Positions 9,005 through 17,107 of a stretch of 24,000 nucleotides of DNA are shown piece by piece. The stretch covers positions 400,137 through 424,136 of the forward strand of contig CANMCX010000002.1 in the NCBI GenBank assembly GCA_947496465.1, read 5' to 3'. The position numbers were made by a program, and so were the translations under genes. How positions within the stretch are numbered: the stretch's first letter is position 1; every line of letters begins with the position of its first letter. Origin of the DNA: Marinifilum sediminis. Its GTDB lineage: Bacteria > Bacteroidota > Bacteroidia > Bacteroidales > Marinifilaceae. The notes beneath the pieces were generated by a model. The model searched no databases, was not told the origin of the DNA, and was given only the letters and a program-made list of their open reading frames with translations.

Positions 9005-9056
9005 CATTAAAGAGCTTGTTTAGACTATAGGGGCTTCCACCCTTCTAAGCTAAGAA

Positions 9057-9088
9057 ATCGTCACCCTTCATCCGGTGACGATTTTTTT
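9057..9088 (+). terminator. Rho-independent terminator after tRNA-Arg copy 2
   Basis: ATCGTCACC-cttcatcc-GGTGACGAT followed by a 7-T tract; same stem-loop as at 8871. Confidence 0.92.
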
Positions 9089-9167
9089 GTTTATATGCTT
9101 TAATTAACATTGAAAAAAAATACCACCCGAAAAATCAAGTGGCATTTCAGAATAACTAGAATTCTAT

Positions 9168-9821
9168 TTATTTAACGATTACACCTAAAACTTCCAATTT
9201 TTGGCGCTCATTGCCTTCGTAAAATAAATCGAGACAGGCACGCAAATCGGAACAGTAGGCCATAAATTCGCCATAGTATTCTTGTTTCTTAGTGGTGGCT
9301 TGTTGAGCTTCACCATCTTCTTTCTCGGCATTCAGTTTTAATTCATCTACGGCAATCAAATCTCCTTGAAGAGCTGTTATTACCTCAGGAGTTAAAGCAA
9401 CCAATGTCAATTTTTCCTGAATTGCTTCATGAGTAATAATTGCATTTACAGTATCATCAGCCAATGCTTTCCACTCAGGATATGCAGTTGGAACTTCCCT
9501 GTTTAAACGCAGAAGAGTTGACAATTCAAGATCATTTTTAAAGAAATAACGACCCACCTTACGAATATGAATCAACTTATCGTGAATCGTGGTATAAGAA
9601 TCGTTAAATACACGAGTTGCCTCGCTCGATTCAATACGTTCGGTATTTTGAACCTCGAAAGCAATTTTGGTTTTGGTATAAAGGGTTTTTCCCAATTCGA
9701 TACGCTCTTCGGGATAGATAAGTGCTATCCGTTCTTTAATAGAGGCATCATTGGAAACTCCATAAACCAATAGTCTTCCTTTTTCGAGTTCTTTCAAATA
9801 ACTTTCTTTCATCTGTTTCAA
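9168..9821 (-). CDS. Uncharacterised Bacteroidota protein (217 aa), predicted largely helical, possibly DUF6261-like
   Basis: Long ORF with good start; KTLYTKTKIAFEVQNTERIESSEATRVFNDSYTTIHDKLIHIRKVGRYFFKNDLELSTLLRL...EYYGEFMAYCSDLRACLDLFYEGNERQKLEVLGVIVK. No signal peptide or known catalytic motif recognised. Confidence 0.75.
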   Translation of the reverse strand: MKQMKESYLKELEKGRLLVYGVSNDASIKERIALIYPEERIELGKTLYTKTKIAFEVQNTERIESSEATRVFNDSYTTIHDKLIHIRKVGRYFFKNDLELSTLLRLNREVPTAYPEWKALADDTVNAIITHEAIQEKLTLVALTPEVITALQGDLIAVDELKLNAEKEDGEAQQATTKKQEYYGEFMAYCSDLRACLDLFYEGNERQKLEVLGVIVK

Positions 9822-10200
9822 TTTTTAAATGTAAGATTAGATGAAACTAAGCTTGATTCAATAATTCTTCACGAATGTGAATTAATAATTACTGAATCAT
9901 GGATGTTTCATAAGATTAAATTTTAATTGTTCTTTTTGAAATGTAAATTGTAGTAATTACTTCGTTTTAATAAGGAAAGCAAGAATAAGTAACTGCCGAA
10001 ATAGACCCTATATTGCTGCAATTGATAGAGATACAAAACAGAATACTTGCCCTACATATTAGAGGATGAATTGATTACAGTAATCAATTCTTAATTATCT
10101 ATAATAAAATTAGAAGAGTATTATGTGAAAGTCAACAAGTGTACTGTACTTTTTTTGTGATATTCATCACCTTTTTTAACAAAACACAGTCTGCCATTCA

Positions 10201-10422
10201 TTTTTTTGTGACTTTCTGTCATTTTTGAGCAATTCCCCCAGCTTTTTAGCGATTCCCCTCACTTTTCACTGACTTTCCGTCGCTTTGGAATGATTTTCCC
10301 ATACTTTGGGTGAGTTCCCCTCACTTAGGATGCATTTTATTACATTTGGGTTGTATTTTCCTTAGGCTTGGGGCTTCTCCCCTTACTTTGGAGGATTTTA
10401 TATTAGTGTGGCGATTCTGTAT
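10201..10422. repeat. Degenerate tandem array, period ~20 bp (about 11 units), G/C-richer than surroundings
   Basis: Stacking in 20-21-nt rows gives an aligned pattern, e.g. gctttttagcgattcccctc / acttttcactgactttccgtc / gctttggaatgattttccca / tactttgggtgagttcccct / cacttaggatgcattttatt / acatttgggttgtattttcc / ttactttggaggattttata; plus-strand consensus roughly NACTTTGGGNTGATTTTCCCC. Confidence 0.7.
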
Positions 10423-10501
10423 TTTGCTTAAGTGGGGTTTTGGATTGGTTTGAAGGGTTGAAATTAGGAATGATGAGACATTAATAGACTTTGGAAAAAG
10501 A

Positions 10502-10527
10502 AAAGGCTGAGCTCTCGCTCAGCCTTT
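10502..10527 (-). terminator. Strong terminator of the KAP-like gene
   Basis: Perfect 11-bp stem AAAGGCTGAGC-tctc-GCTCAGCCTTT; minus strand continues ttctttttcc (U-rich). Located 14 nt beyond the stop at 10541. Confidence 0.88.
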
Positions 10528-10540
10528 CAGGAACTTATAG

Positions 10541-11989
10541 TTATATTAATTCATCCATTATTGAAAATCCTTGGATACATAGAGCGTATCTATTTACCTC
10601 TTTTCTAAACAAACTCAGTTCCTTTTTACCAATAATTACTTTCTGATCTTTAATTTCATATTTAAATTCCAAATTATCAACCATAATAGAATAATTACCA
10701 TCCATTCTCGAAAAATTATTTCTATAACCCAATACCTCTATCAACTCAACTAAATGAAATTCATCCAAACGACTAGCAAATCTTGTCTCCGCAAGGGATT
10801 TCATCATTTTTAGAGAATTAAACAACATTTCATTATTTCCATCATATAAAAAAAGTAACACTTTATAACTCCATCCAATCGATTTTTCTTCAATCCTGTA
10901 GTAGCAATCTGATTTTACCCTTAAAGACTCACTTAGTGAAATTGGAAAATTATAAAGTTTCAATAATTGTCGAATATTCAAAAGTCCATTTTGTAACAAA
11001 TCATATATTATAAGATCTATAAACTTAGTAAAATGCTCATTACAATTTGCGCAAAATGAATTCATAGCTATGAATTTCTGAGTCAGTTCTTTTAAATGAT
11101 TATGCCAATTATAAATATTGTTAAAATAAAATATTTCAACAGATCGAAACTTATCGATGTAGCCCTTAAAATCAACATTATTACCGAATTTATTAATGAA
11201 GATTTTTTCAATATTATAAAGATCACAGACCAATATTATTTTAGAGAACCCAAATTTATTATCCAACTCAATTGATTCAAATTGCTGTTGGTCGAAATGA
11301 GCTGAGAACACATTTAACAAACGAAAAATATGATTAGGGTCAACGCGATCTAAATCATCGATAATGAGAACTGTTTCTTTTTTCCCTTTATTTTCATCGT
11401 TCAGCTTATGAATTTCCTCTGAAATAAAATAAGATAATGAATCCATTTCGTAAATAGAGCCTTTGCACGATTGAAAATTCCTAGAATATTCCTCTAGTGT
11501 AGCGAACATTTCATTTTCTGGCTGCTTAAAAGACGAATTCAAATTAGAACAAAATTTTATTATACTCTCAAATGAACTTACAGCCTTACCCAGTTTGGGG
11601 ATCCCTTTAAGGATATCTAAAGCTAAGTTTGCACCATCATTCATTAAATAATACTGAGAGGCCAAAATTTTATCCTTCAAATTATATTCTGGAGTGGTAA
11701 AATCAATAGATGGGATTAATTCAGTTAGAATATCAAACTTTAATAGTTCGAATATATCCTTGTTATTGGCTACTTGATAATTTACAGGATAAAGGTGAAA
11801 TACTTGATATTTATCTTCTTTCCCCTTAAAGAATTCTTTCAAAAAAGTAGTCTTGCCTGTACCGAAGGGAGCTGAGAATAAAATCCTATTATTCTCTGGT
11901 ATATCAAGATGTTTATCAAATTGTTCTAAAGGTTTGGCTATTGGAACAATCAAATCATTTTTTTCTTTTTCTAATGTCTCTGAGGTCAT
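10541..11989 (-). CDS. KAP-family-like P-loop NTPase, no transmembrane segment evident
   Basis: Walker A ILFSAPFGTGKTTFLKEFF; Walker B plus KAP-like signature ETVLIIDDLDRVDPNHIFRLLNVFSAHFD; later SKIILVCDLYNIEKIF and NIRQLLKLYNF resembling KAP/STAND-type motifs. Confidence 0.82.
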   Translation of the reverse strand: MTSETLEKEKNDLIVPIAKPLEQFDKHLDIPENNRILFSAPFGTGKTTFLKEFFKGKEDKYQVFHLYPVNYQVANNKDIFELLKFDILTELIPSIDFTTPEYNLKDKILASQYYLMNDGANLALDILKGIPKLGKAVSSFESIIKFCSNLNSSFKQPENEMFATLEEYSRNFQSCKGSIYEMDSLSYFISEEIHKLNDENKGKKETVLIIDDLDRVDPNHIFRLLNVFSAHFDQQQFESIELDNKFGFSKIILVCDLYNIEKIFINKFGNNVDFKGYIDKFRSVEIFYFNNIYNWHNHLKELTQKFIAMNSFCANCNEHFTKFIDLIIYDLLQNGLLNIRQLLKLYNFPISLSESLRVKSDCYYRIEEKSIGWSYKVLLFLYDGNNEMLFNSLKMMKSLAETRFASRLDEFHLVELIEVLGYRNNFSRMDGNYSIMVDNLEFKYEIKDQKVIIGKKELSLFRKEVNRYALCIQGFSIMDELI

Positions 11990-12127
11990 AAATTCAAGTT
12001 TAAATCAAATTTGAATTTATGAAAAACCAAGCAAGAACAAAAGATTTGAGATGTTAAATTAAAAATAGCAATTTGCTTCCTTATGTGAGATATTCATTCC
12101 AGAATGATACACTCCCAAAAACAACAA

Positions 12128-12155
12128 AAGCCCACTCCGTTTCCGAAGTGGACTT
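12128..12155 (-). terminator. Terminator at the 3' end of the glycan operon
   Basis: On the minus strand AAGUCCACUUCG-GAAA-CGGAGUGGGCUU forms a 12-bp stem (two G.U pairs) closed by a GAAA tetraloop, followed by UUGUUGU. On the plus strand those two pairs are C/A mismatches. Confidence 0.8.
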
Positions 12156-12197
12156 AAGCAAACCAAATGAAGGTAACCACTACCTATCACATTATTT

Positions 12198-13559
12198 TCA
12201 TAGAGAAGCTTCCGCCAATCTCCTTTTATCCAAATCGGTTTTCATTACTACACAAGTTTCATGATCGATGGTATAGAAATACAAGAGAATGGCACAAGAC
12301 ATGTATAAAATTCCTGGAATTACTGAAATCATCAACTTAATGCCTGTAATTGCGGTTTCTGTTTGTTCTACATTGGGTGCAAATTCGAAAATTGCCAATA
12401 ACCAACCTGCCAATGCTCCACCTATTCCCCAACCAGCTTTTTGTGCAAAAGTGGCTGCAGAAAATACCAATCCGGTTGATCTTCTTCCTGTTTTCCACTC
12501 CGAATAATCAGCTGTATCGGCAAGCATGGTCCATAGTAATGGAACGGCAGGTGCGTATGCCATTTTTGCCAAAATATTAAAGGCATATATCATTGCAGTA
12601 TTCTCTGCATTGGGAATGTATAGGCAGATGAAGAAAAATCCGGAAAGTAATGAACTAGCCAAAAACACATTACGTTTTCCGAATCGTTTTGCCAATGGTT
12701 TAGAAAAAGGAATCGCCACAATTAAAGCAATAGTTCCAATTACATTAAACAACTGAACATTTTCTTCATTTCCTATGTAATATTTAAAGTAGTAAGCAAT
12801 GGATAAATTTTGCATTGCAAACATGATAAACGAAATAATACCCACAAAAAACAGAATTACCCAGGGCTTGTTTTTAAATAGGTTTTTGAAATCTTCTTTT
12901 AAATTCTCCTTTTGTTTTTTGGGTGGTTGCACACGTTCTTTTGTGGTTTTAAAAGTAATCATGAACAAGGCAAAACTGATGATCGAAAATAGAATTAAAG
13001 TGTACTGATATCCTTTTGCATTGTCACCTCCACCAAAATACAAAGCCAAACTTAGAGCCGTTCCCGAGACAATAAACTGCCCAATAAAAGCAAATATAAA
13101 TCGGTATGAGTTTAAGCCTGCACGTTCATAAGAATCAGATGTCATAACGGCTCCTAAAGAGGAATATGGGAGGTTTATAGCTGTAAAAACAGACATCAAC
13201 AAGATGTATGTAACTCCTGCGTAGATCACCTTACCTGTCGCTCCTAAATCGGGTGTTGTAAAAGTAAGAACAGCCAGCACGCTATACGGTAAAGCCATCC
13301 ATAAAATATAAGGTCGAAACTTTCCCCATCGAGTTTTGGTACGGTCGGCAATAATACCCATAATTGGATCACTAATCATATCCCAAAAACGAGCAATTAA
13401 CATGATGGTTCCTGCTGCAGCTGCTGAAATTCCAAATGTATCGGTATAAAATATCAGAATCCAAAAGCCTACCATATCCCATACAAAATGAGAAGCTGTA
13501 TCTCCTAGACTGTAACCTACTTTTTCTTTTAAGGATAATTTTGACTCAATCTTACTCAT
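12198..13559 (-). CDS. MFS transporter, glycoside-pentoside-hexuronide (GPH):cation symporter family
   Basis: KLSLKEKVGYSLGDTASHFVWDMVGFWILIFYTDTFGISAAAAGTIMLIARFWDMISDPIMGIIADRTKTRWGKFRPYILW; about 12 hydrophobic helices; DTADYSEWKTGRRSTGLVFSAATFAQKAGWGIGGALAGWLL. Confidence 0.95.
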   Translation of the reverse strand: MSKIESKLSLKEKVGYSLGDTASHFVWDMVGFWILIFYTDTFGISAAAAGTIMLIARFWDMISDPIMGIIADRTKTRWGKFRPYILWMALPYSVLAVLTFTTPDLGATGKVIYAGVTYILLMSVFTAINLPYSSLGAVMTSDSYERAGLNSYRFIFAFIGQFIVSGTALSLALYFGGGDNAKGYQYTLILFSIISFALFMITFKTTKERVQPPKKQKENLKEDFKNLFKNKPWVILFFVGIISFIMFAMQNLSIAYYFKYYIGNEENVQLFNVIGTIALIVAIPFSKPLAKRFGKRNVFLASSLLSGFFFICLYIPNAENTAMIYAFNILAKMAYAPAVPLLWTMLADTADYSEWKTGRRSTGLVFSAATFAQKAGWGIGGALAGWLLAIFEFAPNVEQTETAITGIKLMISVIPGILYMSCAILLYFYTIDHETCVVMKTDLDKRRLAEASL

Positions 13560-13608
13560 GTTCTATTTGTTATATTAAGGGTATACTTAATTTTGTTTTC
13601 TTGTGATA

Positions 13609-14400
13609 TTACTCAACTCCTCCTATGAAAGACAGGACTTTACTTGCCGCCAAACTTCCCTCTAGCATAGCTTTTTTCACATCTTTCGATGTAAACCATT
13701 CAATCATAAATGCTGCTTGATATGCATCACCACACCCAGTAGTATCAATAATTTTATCTACATGGATAGCTTCCTGACGAAAAATTGAATCTTTATAGAA
13801 TGCCACACTTCCCTCGCTTCCTATAGTAGCCACAATCATCTTACCTGATTTAAATGCCAACTTTTTCAAACTATCAAACCTATTTTCATTGGCACTTAAA
13901 AATACAATATCAATATGCTCAATTCGTTTTTCAATGAATTCAATGCTATGGTAATCCAGAAAATCAATTACCACAAGCTGGTTTTGGGTTCTTCTCTCCA
14001 CTAGCGAATCTAAATTAGGATCGCCTGCAGGCATTGCAATAATGTCCCTATTTTCCATATACAACCAATCTTCTTCAGACAAACGAAATTTATCAAAAGC
14101 ACCTCCATTCCAACTATTCTCCTTAAAATAACGATCTCCTTGCTCATTAATGTAAATTCGATTGGAAGCTGTGGGAACATTTAAGCGATACAATCTGGAT
14201 CGGTCAATATTATTTTTATCTAAATGTTGTTCGATAAGATCTCCATACCAATCTTCACCAACTGCACCCATTACCGATATATCAGTTATATTAGAAAGTT
14301 TGCATTGGGTTGCGAAATTCAGGGAATTTCCTCCAACATATACTTTTTCTAATTCCGGAAAAAAATCTACACAACAGGAACTTAGAGCTGTTATTTTCAT
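13609..14400 (-). CDS. PfkB-family carbohydrate kinase, fructoselysine-6-kinase (FrlD)-like
   Basis: N-terminal CCVDFFPELEKVYVGGNSLNFAT, SVMGAVGEDWYGDLIEQHL, C-terminal VDKIIDTTGCGDAYQAAFMIEW (PfkB signature 2 with GCGD instead of GAGD). Confidence 0.88.
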   Translation of the reverse strand: MKITALSSCCVDFFPELEKVYVGGNSLNFATQCKLSNITDISVMGAVGEDWYGDLIEQHLDKNNIDRSRLYRLNVPTASNRIYINEQGDRYFKENSWNGGAFDKFRLSEEDWLYMENRDIIAMPAGDPNLDSLVERRTQNQLVVIDFLDYHSIEFIEKRIEHIDIVFLSANENRFDSLKKLAFKSGKMIVATIGSEGSVAFYKDSIFRQEAIHVDKIIDTTGCGDAYQAAFMIEWFTSKDVKKAMLEGSLAASKVLSFIGGVE

Positions 14401-14490
14401 TTTCTTTAATTTAAGTGCTATAAATCCTTTCTATATAATTCTAATTGCGGTGTTGGATATTAATACTTAGTATTGAATACTTTTCTTTAA

Positions 14491-15039
14491 TTAATAACCT
14501 TCTCCATTTAAATCTATATCATTATCTCCTACAATACAGGTATTAGGATAAACCATAACGTAAGGATCCCTCCAAGGATTTTTATTTGTTCCAATAGTAC
14601 TTTTTCCATTAATAAATTTATTCTGGATTTGTTTGCAATCGAATCTCTCATAAAATCCCGGCACATTAGTTTGAAATATTGAACAAGAAAATTGTCCATT
14701 GTCTACATATCTGAATGCATTCTCCACCAGACTATATCCAATATCTTTACCTCGGTATTCTGGTTTAACACAAACTCCAGCCAAGGCCAATATTTCCTTT
14801 CTCTCAGAATCAACAATAATTTCCCGATTAAATATTTCGGTATGGCCAATCAACTCTTCTCCTTTAAAATACAAGAGAACCTTATTAAATGAACTTAAAT
14901 TCTTACGTGAATAATCCTGAATCATTTTTTCAGTATCAACGAAACCCACTTGTGGAGGCCAAATGGAGGTAAGTAATTCTAAAATTTTACGAATCTCAGA
15001 TAAGGATAATTCAAGTCTGTCTTTTATATGTATTTTCAT
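14491..15039 (-). CDS. GNAT-family N-acetyltransferase
   Basis: ILALAGVCVKPEYRGKDIGYSLVENAFRYV matches motif A (V-x-P-x-x-R-G-x-x-I-G); later FYERFDCKQI. Confidence 0.85.
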   Translation of the reverse strand: MKIHIKDRLELSLSEIRKILELLTSIWPPQVGFVDTEKMIQDYSRKNLSSFNKVLLYFKGEELIGHTEIFNREIIVDSERKEILALAGVCVKPEYRGKDIGYSLVENAFRYVDNGQFSCSIFQTNVPGFYERFDCKQIQNKFINGKSTIGTNKNPWRDPYVMVYPNTCIVGDNDIDLNGEGY

Positions 15040-15080
15040 CTCTTTAATTACTCCCCATTAACTTTTATAGAAATCTATTA

Positions 15081-16040
15081 CTATTCAACTTCATAAACGG
15101 CATAGGCTCGAGACCATTCGATGGTCTTTCCGGGTTCCACGCTTAAATCGAAAAACAACTCCGGACTTATCACATGTTTCCATCCCCATAGGTTTACTTT
15201 GTTTGTTTTAAAGCTTCCTGTTTCCCTTATTCCAATCTTGCTCTTCGTATTGATTAACTCCCAACTTGCATCAACCATTTTATTACCTGTAAGATTTCCA
15301 TAAAAGAATTGTTCTTCAGGCGTGCTATTGAAAGTAATTTTCTCCTTTTCAACCAATACTTTTCCTTCTGGATTTAGTGCTGCATCAAATAATTCCGCAT
15401 TGAGATCGAATGGAAATTTTAATATGTAATCACTTCCCATTAACTCTTTATTGATGGCTAAAAAATTGTGACAGTATTCATTGGTTGTAATGGTTTTTAC
15501 TCCTGTATTTCGTAGGCTGTATCGAATTATAAAACTACTTTCCAGTAGTTCTGTTTCTTTTCTCAGAACATAGGAATAACCATTCATACTTTTTGATTCA
15601 CATTCTACAATTAGCTTATTCTTTTCTGTTGTCACCTTAAAATTGGCTGGTAGAATTTCATAATTCTTGCTAAAAGCGTAATTCTTTCCCTCCTTTTTTA
15701 AGGATCCTATCCCGATTTTAGGAAAATACTCACCCTCTTTTATATCATCAAAACCAATGGGCATTTCAATACCAAACTCATTGTAAAAACCTTTGCCATA
15801 AATATTCTCTTTATCTCCACTTATTTTTTCTTGAGTGGAAACAGGAATGCCTTTAAATTTTACGGCTGCGATTTTACCCGTCCAATCGAATCTTGAAAAC
15901 TGATAATTCTTTAAGGGAAAATCAATACAAATTTCAAGATTATTATTTTTAAGAATGTGTTCCATATTTGCGTCTTTTCTTTGCTGAGCTGAACTATTAA
16001 AGGCAAAAATGATCAGTAAAATCAATAGTATATTTTTCAT
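15081..16040 (-). CDS. Exported aldose-1-epimerase/galactose-mutarotase-like protein
   Basis: Signal MKNILLILLIIFAFNSSAQQ; beta-rich body with YVLRKETELLESSFIIRYSLRNTGVKTITTNEYCHNFLAINKE, mutarotase-fold-like; no hydrolase motif recognised. Confidence 0.6.
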   Translation of the reverse strand: MKNILLILLIIFAFNSSAQQRKDANMEHILKNNNLEICIDFPLKNYQFSRFDWTGKIAAVKFKGIPVSTQEKISGDKENIYGKGFYNEFGIEMPIGFDDIKEGEYFPKIGIGSLKKEGKNYAFSKNYEILPANFKVTTEKNKLIVECESKSMNGYSYVLRKETELLESSFIIRYSLRNTGVKTITTNEYCHNFLAINKELMGSDYILKFPFDLNAELFDAALNPEGKVLVEKEKITFNSTPEEQFFYGNLTGNKMVDASWELINTKSKIGIRETGSFKTNKVNLWGWKHVISPELFFDLSVEPGKTIEWSRAYAVYEVE

Positions 16041-16058
16041 TCTTTGGAATTTGAAAAA

Positions 16059-17072
16059 CTAATTTGACTTCGATAAATTGGTGTACTTCTCTTTGACGAT
16101 CTGAAAAGCCTTTTTCTTGTTCCGATCTATATCTACAATTCCCCAATACTCTTCATTAGGAGCTCCATCGTAAGGAACGCCACTGCTATTTGGAGCCCAT
16201 CCACCTGTATCTAAAACGTCATTATTACCTGCTTTCCACAATTCATCTACAAAAGCAAAAAGAGTTACACCCGAACAAATTTCCTGATTTCGAAATGTGG
16301 CATCTAAAATATTAGTTGTAGCATCGGCTTGAGCCAACTCGTTTGCGCCTTTGCTGTAACCACTTTTTTCGATGGTCATATAACTGTCTGCGCCAGCCTC
16401 CGATAAATACATCGGCTTATCACTTACAGCAGCCCACTGTGAAAATATCTCTTCCGGATTGTCCCAGCGATACACATTCATTCCCCAAACATCAATATTA
16501 GGGCACATGCTTAAAGCCAAAGCATCTGGCAATTCTCCATGTGCTGTTGTAACAGGATGTAATGGATCTTGCTCATGAATTAGTTTTGCCGCATTATTCA
16601 TAGCTGTGTACCAATTTTTCATATCTCCCTGAAACCACTCTGGATGATAATTGTATTCATTGCCCAATTCCCACATCAAAATTGCCTCGTGGTTCTTGAA
16701 TGCATTTACGTAATCGATAAAAGTTCCGGATAGAATATCATTCTCTCCTCCCTGATTGTAGCCAAAGCCAATGATCACTTTCAAACCAGATTCATGTATT
16801 TTATCAAGAACAGAAAGCTCTGTAATTGGTTCATACACACGAATCGTATTGATTCCTGCCTCTTTCATTAAAGCCAAATCTTCCTTCAAATTATCAAAAC
16901 TTCTTTGATCGCTCCCTTTTGGCACAGGATGATAACATATCCCCCTAATTGTATAAACAGAATCGTTTACTAAAATATCCCGTCCATTAATAGAAATGGC
17001 ATCTGTATTAGCTTGTTTACATGAAATGAGCAGTATACTCAGCGTAAAAATCAACACAATATTTTTAATCAT
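16059..17072 (-). CDS. Lipoprotein TIM-barrel glycoside hydrolase (clan GH-A, GH2/GH5-like catalytic barrel; exact family uncertain)
   Basis: Lipobox MIKNIVLIFTLSILLISCKQ; RGICYHPVPKGSDQRSFDNLKEDLALMKEAGINTIRVYEP; acid/base AILMWELGNEYN; nucleophile candidate PMYLSEAGADSY. Confidence 0.85.
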   Translation of the reverse strand: MIKNIVLIFTLSILLISCKQANTDAISINGRDILVNDSVYTIRGICYHPVPKGSDQRSFDNLKEDLALMKEAGINTIRVYEPITELSVLDKIHESGLKVIIGFGYNQGGENDILSGTFIDYVNAFKNHEAILMWELGNEYNYHPEWFQGDMKNWYTAMNNAAKLIHEQDPLHPVTTAHGELPDALALSMCPNIDVWGMNVYRWDNPEEIFSQWAAVSDKPMYLSEAGADSYMTIEKSGYSKGANELAQADATTNILDATFRNQEICSGVTLFAFVDELWKAGNNDVLDTGGWAPNSSGVPYDGAPNEEYWGIVDIDRNKKKAFQIVKEKYTNLSKSN

Positions 17073-17107
17073 GGAAAGGATATTAGTTTGTTTCTAATTA
17101 CAATAAC

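Larger units (their letters stand above)
8746..9088 (+). repeat. Tandem direct duplication, 185-bp offset, of tRNA-Arg, trailer and terminator
   Basis: 8746-8901 aligns with 8931-9088 at a 185-bp offset with only scattered differences in the trailer. Confidence 0.9.

Noticed and set aside
10201-10440. Possible CRISPR array
   Set aside because: Units are only ~20 nt, diverge from each other throughout, and have no unique spacers; no cas genes in the window.
9822-12100. Full mobile element or defence island around the KAP gene
   Set aside because: No transposase, integrase, terminal inverted repeats or target-site duplication could be seen; only one candidate defence-type gene.
12073-12264. 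Plus-strand ORF MLPYVRYSFQ...
   Set aside because: Covers the operon terminator and the MFS gene 3' end antisense; no coding character.
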